Positions 18,001-25,703 of a DNA stretch of 25,703 bases are shown piece after piece. Position numbers and translations under genes: made by a program. Origin of the DNA: an archaeon. Its GTDB lineage: Archaea > Iainarchaeota > Iainarchaeia > Iainarchaeales > 1-14-0-10-31-34. A model generated the notes under the pieces. It had not been told where the DNA came from. It was given only the letters and a program-made list of their open reading frames with translations, and did not search any database. Location: NCBI GenBank assembly GCA_024277355.1, contig JAJRVL010000006.1, positions 1 through 25,703 of the forward strand, given 5' to 3'. The first letter of the stretch is position 1. Every line of letters begins with the position of its first letter.

Positions 18001-20162
18001 AAAATGTTCAAATTAGTGCTTTAATTGAAAATGTAGGGGATTTAAATGCAGAAAATGTTAATGTTGAATTTTATATGAAATCTGCTAATCAGTATTTATC
18101 TGATTCAAATACTGTTGCTTTATATCATTTTAATGAAGGAACAGGAGCAACAGTTAAAGATAAAAGTGAAAACAATAACGATGGCGATATTAATAATGCT
18201 ACATTTAATGGTGATGGAAAGTTTGACAATTATTCTTTGAGGTTTAATGGAAATGGAAGCAAAAATGTAGTTATTGTTCCTGATAGTGATTCTTTAGACA
18301 TTTCTGGGGAATTAACTTTTGAGGCATGGATTAAACCTGATGGAACTCAAGAAGGCGGGGCAGGCATAATCTGTAAAGGTTATGGTTCAAATGAAATTTT
18401 CTGTTTAGATATTGCTTCTAGTAAATTCAGATTTATTGTTAGGGCTCCTTCATTATTTTTATTAACTTCAAATTCTACAGTAGATATAGGAAAATGGCAG
18501 CATGTTGCAGCAGTATATGATGGCACAACAATGAAAATTTACATAAATAATCAATTAGATAACAGTATGGCAGGACCATCTTCATTACAAACAAATAATC
18601 ATGAATTAAGTATTGGAGCAAGGGAAGGCAGTGATACAAGCGATTATGATTTGGAATTTAAAGGATTAATTGATGAAGTAAGAATAAGTAATATTGCAAG
18701 ATCAGATTTTAATAAAAATAAAATATTTATTGATGATAAAAATATTTCTTTTATTGATGCAAATTCAAGTGAATTAGTTTCAGTTGATTGGAATAATGTT
18801 AAAGCAGAAGACTATGAAATTTATGTTAAAGTTGATGATGAAAACTTATTTGATGAAAGAAATGAATTAAACAATGAAGATTATAACTCAGTAATTGTTT
18901 ATTCTGAGCCAATTCTTTCTACAGAATTTGAATATTCAACATTAAATGACTTAGGAGAACTATTTGATTTTAATGCAATAATAACAAATAAGGGTGCAAA
19001 ACTTAGAGATGCAAATGCAACTTTAATTTTACCTGAAGAATTAACTACAACTGATTCAATAATAAAAACAATTGGAGATTTAAACTCTAATACTTTAATT
19101 AAACTTGAATGGACTGACATTAATTCAAGTCAAGCAGGAGTATATGAAATTAAAGTTAATGTTAAAGGAACAAATGTAGATGAAAACTTTTCTACTTTAG
19201 TTTCAATTAAACATATAGAATTAAGCGATTTAAACACAATAACAACAATATATTCTGATGACACAAATATTGCATATTTTAATATAATCAATTATAATCT
19301 AAACAACAGTTATGCAGGATATTATTATAGAACAGAAATTTCAGGACCACAAAATTATTCTTATGACAAAAATGTTGGTTTGCTTTATGCAGGAGAAACA
19401 AAACAATTAACTGCACAAATTCCTGACTGGAAAGAAACAAGAAATTATTCTTTGACTGTTTCATTATATGATTATTATGATACTCTTGTAGATCAAAAAC
19501 AAGATTCATTTGAGGTTGTTTCTTATTTGCCTTCTTTTTTGACTTATTATTCAACTGATGGTTTGACTTTTAATTCTGAGTTAAGTGAAAATGCAGATTA
19601 TTTTACTTCCGCTACAGATAAAAATGATGGAGTAATGGTTGTTTATTCTTATAAGGGAAGTTTAGATTATGCTTTAAGAGATTCTATTTTACAGGAATGG
19701 AATATTGGAATAAGTAATTTAGGCAATGGAAATTATCCTTATTTGTCAGTTGATGGAAATGAATTTTATTTGGTTTATGTTGATGGAAATATTTATTATA
19801 CAAACCATTTCCCGCCTGGAAGTTGGAGTTCAAGACAATTAGTTTCAACTTTAAATACAGTTGATCCTGTTATAACAAAAGATGGAAATAGTTTGTATGT
19901 TTTGTTTTCTTCAAATGATTTAACTGAAAATTATAATGTTTATTTGGTTGGTTCTTATGCAAATGTTTGGAAACAGCCGATGCAATTAACTTTCTGTGAG
20001 GATGCAAACTGTTCAAATCCAATGGTGTTAGATAAAGGACTAACAAACGGAAAACTGGCTTATGCTTATAGGAAATTTAAAGGAGAAGAATACACTTCAT
20101 TAGATTCAAATTTGATGTATTCATTATTTGATGTGAATTATTTTTATTGGGGTAATAATTGA
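15057..20162 (+). CDS. Very large (1701 aa) secreted multidomain surface protein: CARDB-like segments, zinc-peptidase-like domain, LamG/concanavalin-like domain, C-terminal sialidase/beta-propeller-like region
   Basis: TTG start and signal peptide KNKLVLILFFLLIFSINVQA. Segments: FNNAEEDQNVTVEL-type CARDB; LAHEIGHTYGLNEEYEL; VALYHFNEGTGATVKDKSENNNDG...LTFEAWIKPDG...GKWQHVAAVYDGTTMKIYINN (LamG-like); NFGTINNLQNVSQDFNIVNSGNADLNV (Hydin/DUF1573-like). Confidence 0.85.
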   Translation: MKNKLVLILFFLLIFSINVQAGIINYSFEVQNSDYNTDALGWTEFKTNALFQDYNAETQVCSNQSVTPSILADTFIREFSEDARNGNYIFKTFSSEVGVSFTRNNYYIGELGIDTNICFWIKGWVSGGTGFRLGFWDNMTNNYCRVADIGSVDENWNYACGTFKTGSYNGFLTLEKEWRTTGIELLWDGFDSSSLGINILKPTPNQYIKQRDLLTVEFEIQDNDFNFLNLNPEGIQYRLDLLDDWNSIEASEFGINSFNTTAPDETGEHILTIRALVNGAWIHGSTKYLVSPQKIDLKINFIKAIQVIEDVNLVSGKATAVKVGVNNTNNAEEDQNVTVELTFNGQEYPLTEEFYGDYNFIFYVNNPFEIEDATVVFYLTAKIDPQNNYEENDENNNSLVQEVIVKRTSDLNVLFIAFDYGQDLDSFEKIVAQSIEFLEATYPIMNYDYYLVNYTGNLNLDQNYNKILFRLMKEIKLIGEDVNKNKFKAFRFVGVVPNGWHVDHNEFESKGATPCKKDTIPLECKPYFLIEDGNRSVLAHEIGHTYGLNEEYELKLNEPNPSPTDCGITFCSNYQQKYIDKNWCLGSVVTNGIWVNEKKVFVNQDLNICNYSNPYSYMGTALYSPPDRWTTFNEYDYLSEKLYLGGQFGKSNNQDLNILFVKGFVDKNLNVELDHLYKIDRTEEFGSSDGNCLIRTLDSNVSIINDYNFSVNFDLFSEGINTIDYSPFVLGINFNENLNSVQVICNGELKTERSISQNAPTVSISFPKTGDIWTDTNTLSWTSDDLDGDELSFALYYSADNGSIWIPIQSDVNDLSYSFPSWIVEGTNQFKFKVIASDGILSSESISDTFTVANADINVTPNEKNFGTINNLQNVSQDFNIVNSGNADLNVFDENHSGNLSLTGLSLPIVLQPGENHVFSVELNVLGMSLGEFTEDIALGSNDPNQIVKRIKVYGVIEQAKPDFTIKADNITFNPVYPEQDENVQISALIENVGDLNAENVNVEFYMKSANQYLSDSNTVALYHFNEGTGATVKDKSENNNDGDINNATFNGDGKFDNYSLRFNGNGSKNVVIVPDSDSLDISGELTFEAWIKPDGTQEGGAGIICKGYGSNEIFCLDIASSKFRFIVRAPSLFLLTSNSTVDIGKWQHVAAVYDGTTMKIYINNQLDNSMAGPSSLQTNNHELSIGAREGSDTSDYDLEFKGLIDEVRISNIARSDFNKNKIFIDDKNISFIDANSSELVSVDWNNVKAEDYEIYVKVDDENLFDERNELNNEDYNSVIVYSEPILSTEFEYSTLNDLGELFDFNAIITNKGAKLRDANATLILPEELTTTDSIIKTIGDLNSNTLIKLEWTDINSSQAGVYEIKVNVKGTNVDENFSTLVSIKHIELSDLNTITTIYSDDTNIAYFNIINYNLNNSYAGYYYRTEISGPQNYSYDKNVGLLYAGETKQLTAQIPDWKETRNYSLTVSLYDYYDTLVDQKQDSFEVVSYLPSFLTYYSTDGLTFNSELSENADYFTSATDKNDGVMVVYSYKGSLDYALRDSILQEWNIGISNLGNGNYPYLSVDGNEFYLVYVDGNIYYTNHFPPGSWSSRQLVSTLNTVDPVITKDGNSLYVLFSSNDLTENYNVYLVGSYANVWKQPMQLTFCEDANCSNPMVLDKGLTNGKLAYAYRKFKGEEYTSLDSNLMYSLFDVNYFYWGNN
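16674..16712 (+). other. Putative zinc-metallopeptidase active-site segment HEIGHTYGLNEEY within the 1701-aa protein
   Basis: In-frame codons cat gag ata ggt cac act tat ggg tta aat gaa gag tat. HExxH followed by GLxxEY. Confidence 0.75.
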
Positions 20163-22495
20163 TGAGAAATAAATTGATTTTAGGAATAATATTAATTTTT
20201 TTATTTAATTTAGTTTCAGCTGAAGTTGGAATAGACTACAACGCAGAAGGAAATTATTACAAGTTATTTAATGACTATCAAGATTATTATATTGATGCAG
20301 AAACAGGAATAGACTTGACTAATGATTATTATAATTTTTGGAGCAAAAAAGAGTTTTGTTTGGAAGTAAAATCAGGACCAATTCAGGGAAAAAAATGTGT
20401 TTCTGAGATTCCTTTGGAGTGGACTACTGAAGAAAACGAGTTTTATGTTAAACTAACAGGAAACTTAGATTTTGTGGGTAGTGTTGCTGATTTTAATTTA
20501 GTTTATTTTTTAGGAGTAAATGATGAAAGGTTGACTATTACTCCTCAGACTAAAACAAAAAAGAAATTAGATTACATGAAATTATCAATAAAAGACTATA
20601 ATATTAGAGTTAACAGGGATTATGGAAATGATTTTTTTAAGTTAGATTATCCTTATTATGAAGATTTTTCTATATCTAATGGAACTTATAATGAATACAA
20701 TAATGTTTAAGACAATTATTATAATTTGTATGATTTAAGTGAAGGGGAAATTGATTTTTGGTGGGATAATTATTATTATTTGAATGGAGAGTATTTGTTG
20801 TGGGAAGATGAAAACTTAACTGCTGCATTTAATTTAAGCAGAGAAAAAGATTTTGTTGTTATTGAGTTAACTTCAAATGAAATACCAAAGAATGCTGTTT
20901 TTGAAACTAATTTTTATTGGGTTGATGCTGGTTCAGGCGGCTGTAATATTTTAGGAGTTACTATGGAGTCAATTCCTGCGAGCTATGAAGGAGAACAAAG
21001 TACAGTTAGTTGTTCTTGGGATTTTGATGGAACTGACTGTCCTGATGAAGTTAGATGGGAGACAAATGAAGGAGTTAATGGAAGTTGGATTACTTTGCCT
21101 CCAACAGATACAAATGATTTTGGAATAAATTGCGGGGCATTAGTTAATCAGTATAAAGATTATGGGTTGAATACTTATTCTTTAGTGGCTTTAACTTGTT
21201 ATAAAAGTATTTTTGGTTCTGGTTTTGATTCAGCTTATGTTCAGTGCGGAGATGATTCAAATGTTTCAAATCATACTGCAAGATGTGCTTTGTATAAAGA
21301 TGGTTCGTTTAAGGCTTCTTCTTTAACAAAGACTGCTGTATGTAAAGAAAAAATTTTATTAGATTTAGACTGGATTAATCCTTTAAGTGATTTCACTGAA
21401 GCAGGAATTGATAGAAATATTATAGTTCAGGGAAAGACAACTTGTACTGATGGTTACTGCGGGGATACAAATTCGTTTTTGGAGTGGTGTAAGGGTTTAA
21501 GTTGTAATGACTGGAAAGACGTTAATAGTTCTTCAGGAGAAATTGTTTTTGTTCAGGGAAGTAATCCAGTTCAGGCAGATTTGAATATAACAGATTTTTA
21601 TGATTTAAACTGGATGATTAAAATTGATGTAAACGAATTAAATCAGGATTATGAATTAAGGTTAAAAACTTTATCAGAGTTTGCACCGCAAGAAACAACT
21701 TCAGGAACTGACAGAACTATAACAACAGGAAACCCACCAACAACAACAAGTGATGTAAATGGAAACTGGCAGAATGTTGATGCAAACATTCATTTAACTT
21801 GTTTAGATGTAAATGGAATAGGATGCGATAAAACATATTATTTAATTGATAATCTGCCAGGAAAAGACACTAATTATGGAGACTTAAATTTTGTGGAATG
21901 GCAGGAATATAATTCAAATTTATTAATTTCAACTGACGGAAACACAGGAATATTGTTTTATTCAGTTGATTTAGTTGGCCATATTGAAAGCATTACAGAA
22001 GAATTTATTTTGATTAACAAAACACAACATTTTTTATTAACAGAAAATTATTTACCTAATCCAAGCAATTCAACTAAAAATTTTGTTAAATTATTAGATG
22101 GAAATTTAAGTTTAAGTTACTGTTATTACAATGGAACAAACTTTGGTGATGCATATTTTATGAAGTCAGTTGACGGATTAAACTGGAATACTCCAATTCA
22201 AATTAATTCTTTAGGAAGTTGTTCAGGTTATTACAGTGAAAATGAAATTGAACCTTTTAGAACAGGAGAAGGAGGAATAACCTCAACAAGAAATTCATTT
22301 AACGATTTATTCTTTTTGTTTACTGAATGGAATGGGTTACAGGCATGGACTAAAATTTTATATGCAAACCAAACCTGGAGCAACGAAACACTAATCAGCA
22401 GTAACGCAGGAAAAAGCCCTCAAAAAGACTCATTAAACATTATTGTTGACTCAAATAACTCAATAAATTATATTATCACACAAAAAACCACATAA
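20162..22495 (+). pseudogene. Secreted protein of unknown function, reading frame interrupted by one in-frame TAA (20708..20710); the two ORFs 20159..20710 and 20726..22495 are in the same frame
   Basis: TGATG coupling to the upstream gene. Signal peptide RNKLILGIILIFLFNLVSA. After TAA the frame continues without any frame change as DNNYYNLYDLSEGEIDFWWDNYYYLNGEYLLWEDE..., and the downstream ORF has no signal peptide or obvious SD. Confidence 0.75.
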
Positions 22496-22535
22496 CTTAA
22501 AAAAACAAAAGAACAAATTAATTAAGGGAAAGTTA

Positions 22536-22541
22536 AGGTGA
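22536..22541 (+). promoter_or_regulatory. Shine-Dalgarno AGGTGA upstream of pyrE
   Basis: AGGTGA, 4 nt before ATG 22546, complementary to the archaeal 16S 3' end. Confidence 0.7.
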
Positions 22542-22545
22542 AATA

Positions 22546-23208
22546 ATGCAGGAATATAAAAAAGAATTTATTGAATTTTTAGTTGAAAATAATGCTTTAA
22601 AGTTTGGAGAATTTACTTTGAAAAGCGGAAGAAAAAGCCCTTATTTTATTAATACAGGAATGTTTAAAGACGGAAAAGGAATAAGCAAATTAGCAGAATT
22701 TTATGCTAAAGCAATAAAAGAAAATTTTTCTAATTTTGATGTATTGTTTGGCCCTGCATACAAAGGAATTCCTTTAAGTGTTGCAGTTTCAATGAAATTA
22801 AATGAATTGAATTTAAACAAAAGTTTTGCTTTCAACAGAAAAGAAGCAAAAACTCATGGAGAAAAAGGAAATATTATTGGTGAAAAACTTGAAGAAAAAA
22901 AAGTTTTAATAATAGATGATGTAATTACAGCAGGAACAGCCGTAAGAGAAACAATTGAAGTATTAAAAGAAAACGGCAACCCTGGAATAACAGGAATAAT
23001 TATTTCAGTTAACAGGAAAGAAAAAGGAACAAAAGAAAAAAGCGCAATACAAGAATTAGAAGAAAGTTTGAAAATAAAAATTACTTCAATAATTGACTTT
23101 GATGAAATCACAGAATACCTGCACAACAAAGAAATTAATGGAAAAGTTCTGTTAAACGATGAATTATATGAAAAAATGATGGAATACAAAAAACAATACG
23201 GGGTTTGA
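22546..23208 (+). CDS. pyrE: Orotate phosphoribosyltransferase, bacterial/eukaryal-like long form
   Basis: ALKFGEFTLKSGRKSPYFINTGMF, LFGPAYKGIPLSVAV, FNRKEAKTHGEKGNIIG, KVLIIDDVITAGTAVRETIEVL, ...YKKQYGV. Confidence 0.95.
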   Translation: MQEYKKEFIEFLVENNALKFGEFTLKSGRKSPYFINTGMFKDGKGISKLAEFYAKAIKENFSNFDVLFGPAYKGIPLSVAVSMKLNELNLNKSFAFNRKEAKTHGEKGNIIGEKLEEKKVLIIDDVITAGTAVRETIEVLKENGNPGITGIIISVNRKEKGTKEKSAIQELEESLKIKITSIIDFDEITEYLHNKEINGKVLLNDELYEKMMEYKKQYGV

Positions 23209-23214
23209 TTGTAA

Positions 23215-23931
23215 ATGGAAAAAAAGATTTTTTTGGCTTTAGATAACTTAGAAAAAAAAGAAATATTAGAGTTAGTTGATGAATTAAAAGAGCAGGTAAT
23301 GTTCAAATTAAATGATGCCTATATTAAGTTTCCTGAATTAATTGAAGAAATTCAGTCAAAAGGAGGAGAAGTTTTCTTGGATTTAAAATTCCATGACATT
23401 CCAAATACTGTTGGAAATTATGCTAAAGCTGTTTCAGAAAAAAAAGTTTTTGTTTTTAATGTTCATTGTTTAGGCGGAATTGAAATGATGAAAAAAGCAA
23501 AAGAAACAATGGAAACTTTTTGTAAAGAAAAAAATTTAAGAAAACCTTTAATTGTTGGAGTAACAATTTTAACCAGTGCAGATGAAGAAATGCTGAAAAA
23601 AGAAATGCAAGTTGATGTTTCATTGGAAAAAATGGTTGAAAGTTTAGCTTTAAATGCAAAAAAAGCAGGATTAGATGGAGTGGTTTGTTCTCCAAAAGAA
23701 ATTGAATTAATTAAAAAAGCATGTGGAAAAGAATTCATTACAATTACTCCAGGAATTAGGCCTCAATGGAGTTCAACTGATGACCAAAAAAGAATTACTA
23801 CTCCAAAAGATGCAGTAAAAAAAGGAACAGATTTTTTAGTTATTGGAAGACCAATAATTCAATCAGAAAAATACGGTTTAACAAGAAAACAAGCAGCTGA
23901 AAAAATAATTAAAGAAATAACTGAAAAATAA
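23215..23931 (+). CDS. pyrF: Orotidine 5'-phosphate decarboxylase, bacterial-type
   Basis: FLALDNLEKKEIL, EVFLDLKFHDIPNTV, TPGIRPQWSSTDDQKRITTPKDAVKKGTDFLVIGRPII. Confidence 0.95.
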   Translation: MEKKIFLALDNLEKKEILELVDELKEQVMFKLNDAYIKFPELIEEIQSKGGEVFLDLKFHDIPNTVGNYAKAVSEKKVFVFNVHCLGGIEMMKKAKETMETFCKEKNLRKPLIVGVTILTSADEEMLKKEMQVDVSLEKMVESLALNAKKAGLDGVVCSPKEIELIKKACGKEFITITPGIRPQWSSTDDQKRITTPKDAVKKGTDFLVIGRPIIQSEKYGLTRKQAAEKIIKEITEK

Positions 23932-23975
23932 CAAAAAGAAAAAGTTTTTATAAGTAAACTAGTTTATGTTATTAA

Positions 23976-25703
23976 ATGAAAAAAATAATTTTATTTTTTG
24001 CTTTAATTTTAATTTTAAATAATGTTAATTCATTAGATGTTTCAAGCTGTACATATAACAACGGAAATTTAGATCAGGCAAACACACAATATGATTTAAC
24101 TCAGGATATTCAAAGTGACGCAGAATGTTTTGTAATTAATGCAGACAATGTAATATTAAACTGCAATAATTATCAAATTACTTTTTCTAATACAACAATT
24201 GCAAACGGAATAGAAATTTTAGCAGGAAGCGGCAATGTTGAAATAAGAAACTGCAATATAAGAAACGGAACAGATTTTACCGGGGCTGCTTATCATTCAG
24301 GAAATGGAATAATTACATATGGAGCTAATTCAAACATTCATTCAAATAATATTAATATTACAGGAGATGGAGCAAGAGGAGTAAGAATAATGGCTCCAGG
24401 ATTACTTTACAACAATATAGTTCACACACAAGGAGAATATGCAAGAACATTATGGGTTACACAACCATCAGAAATATACGGCAACACAGTTTCAGTAAGA
24501 GGCTGTAATGCAATTTATAATTTATCAGCTGAATATTCAGCTGAAGGAAACTATTTAATTCACGACAATAATTTTACAGCAATAAAAGATTGTCTTCCTG
24601 CAAATTCAAGATCATGGGGAGTTACAATTCCATCAGGAGCCCAAGTATATAATAATATTTTTACAGGAATAGACGAAGATATGACTGCAGGAGGAACAAT
24701 GGTAACAATTGATATGCAAAACACAGTAAATTCAAGAATTTACAACAATACAATAGAAACATTTGGAGCCAATGCAAGAGGAATATATCTTTCAGGAGAT
24801 TCAGCTAATAATGAAATTTATTTAAATACTATTACAACAAATGTATCGCCAGATAGTGCAGGATCACCTGCAATAAGAATAAGACGTTCAGTTGGACTAA
24901 AAATCTTTAATAATACAATTAATGCAACTGCAGCAGGAATTATGATTGGTGATGATTATCGGCCTTATGCAGACGGAGAAATTTACGGCAACACAATTAA
25001 TGCATATAGAGGAATTCATTTTTACCAGTATACTGACGGAATATTAGACATTCATGACAACACAATTTCAAGCAACAAATATCACATTAATTTTGACTTA
25101 GAAGACGTGCCCCATCACTTAAGAAATATCACTATAATTCCCTGTACAACAAACTGTGCATCAGATTATTCACATATTTATTACAGACCAAGCAGTCCAA
25201 TAACCGGAGAAAACATTTTTACAAACACAAATTTAGACAGAACATTAATAAGAAATATAGCAGGTTCATTAAGAGTAAACTGGCGTTTAGATATAAATAT
25301 TTATGATTCTTCATCAAATTTATTAAACGGAGCAGACATTGAAATAAGAAATAATTCAAATCAAATAGTTTATTCTTCAACTAATTCAAATGCAATAACA
25401 GAAACAGATATAACAGAATATATAATGACTTCAAGTTCAACAACAGATTATGATTTGCCTCCATACACAATAAATGCAACTTACGGAGGAAACACACAAA
25501 CACAAATATTAGATGTTTATGCAGGACAAACTTCAACCCAATTTTATTTTACTTTAATTCCATGTACTGATGGAACAACACAAGCGTGTACAACAATTGA
25601 TTCTTGTAGTGGAACTCAAACTTGTTCAGGTAATGTCTGGGGTGCTTGTACTGATGTTCCTGATGATGGTTGTCCTGTTGTAATTGCTTCTTGTGTGGAA
25701 GGA
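23976..25703 (+). CDS. Secreted right-handed beta-helix (PbH1-like) surface protein, 3'-truncated by the window (absent from ORF track)
   Basis: Hand translation is open for 576 codons from ATG 23976 to the window end: MKKIILFFALILILNNVNSLDVSSCTYNNGNLDQANTQYDLTQDIQSDAECFVINADNVILNCNNYQITFSNTT... Repeated NNxI/GIxLxxxxxNEIYxNxI units, then a Cys-rich stretch CTTIDSCSGTQTCSGNVWGACTDVPDDGCP. Confidence 0.85.
   Translation, partial: MKKIILFFALILILNNVNSLDVSSCTYNNGNLDQANTQYDLTQDIQSDAECFVINADNVILNCNNYQITFSNTTIANGIEILAGSGNVEIRNCNIRNGTDFTGAAYHSGNGIITYGANSNIHSNNINITGDGARGVRIMAPGLLYNNIVHTQGEYARTLWVTQPSEIYGNTVSVRGCNAIYNLSAEYSAEGNYLIHDNNFTAIKDCLPANSRSWGVTIPSGAQVYNNIFTGIDEDMTAGGTMVTIDMQNTVNSRIYNNTIETFGANARGIYLSGDSANNEIYLNTITTNVSPDSAGSPAIRIRRSVGLKIFNNTINATAAGIMIGDDYRPYADGEIYGNTINAYRGIHFYQYTDGILDIHDNTISSNKYHINFDLEDVPHHLRNITIIPCTTNCASDYSHIYYRPSSPITGENIFTNTNLDRTLIRNIAGSLRVNWRLDINIYDSSSNLLNGADIEIRNNSNQIVYSSTNSNAITETDITEYIMTSSSTTDYDLPPYTINATYGGNTQTQILDVYAGQTSTQFYFTLIPCTDGTTQACTTIDSCSGTQTCSGNVWGACTDVPDDGCPVVIASCVEG

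Noticed and set aside
15527-19554. Minus-strand ORFs 15527..15835, 18899..19120 and 19288..19554, considered as possible antisense regulators or toxins
   Set aside because: Embedded in the 1701-aa gene with no promoter/SD and no known motif. Best explained as chance ORFs.
20708-20710. Pyrrolysine or selenocysteine recoding as explanation for the in-frame stop
   Set aside because: The codon is TAA, whereas pyrrolysine uses TAG and selenocysteine TGA. No recoding element was noticed, so mutation, error or simple readthrough is preferred.
22854-23738. Minus-strand ORFs 22854..23306, 23456..23695 and 23463..23738
   Set aside because: Antisense to pyrE/pyrF, which are unambiguous on the plus strand.

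Overview
Low-GC archaeal chromosomal segment, probably from a DPANN-like or other reduced euryarchaeote-grade lineage. That assignment rests on gene content only and was not tested. The conserved backbone is: the C-terminal half of SMC (5'-truncated by the window); a membrane-anchored S16/Lon-like protease; a SAM methyltransferase; the ribosomal stalk/translation block P1(L12)-P0(L10)-L1 plus a small basic protein; a divergent membrane protein; L11-Spt5-SecE(58 aa, absent from the supplied ORF track)-FtsZ; pyrB-pyrI-pyrC; and pyrE-pyrF. Between pyrC and pyrE lies a ~9.3 kb accessory 'secretome' island. It holds three small lipoproteins (two are tandem paralogs with near-identical promoters), a 1701-aa secreted multidomain protein with a HEIGHTYGLNEEY zinc-peptidase-like motif and a LamG-like domain, and a translationally coupled secreted protein split by a single in-frame TAA. 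The window ends inside another secreted protein that looks like a right-handed beta-helix. I see no CRISPR array, recognisable defence operon, rRNA, tRNA or transposase. The best second-look items are the in-frame stop, the 31-bp direct repeat bracketing the lipoprotein cluster, the duplicated leaderless promoters, the two-protein exported pair, the P0 protein lacking the usual GLGxLFG tail, the symmetric divergent TATA element, an L1 leader hairpin abutting the Shine-Dalgarno, and bacterial-type PyrE/PyrF next to archaeal-type PyrB/PyrI.
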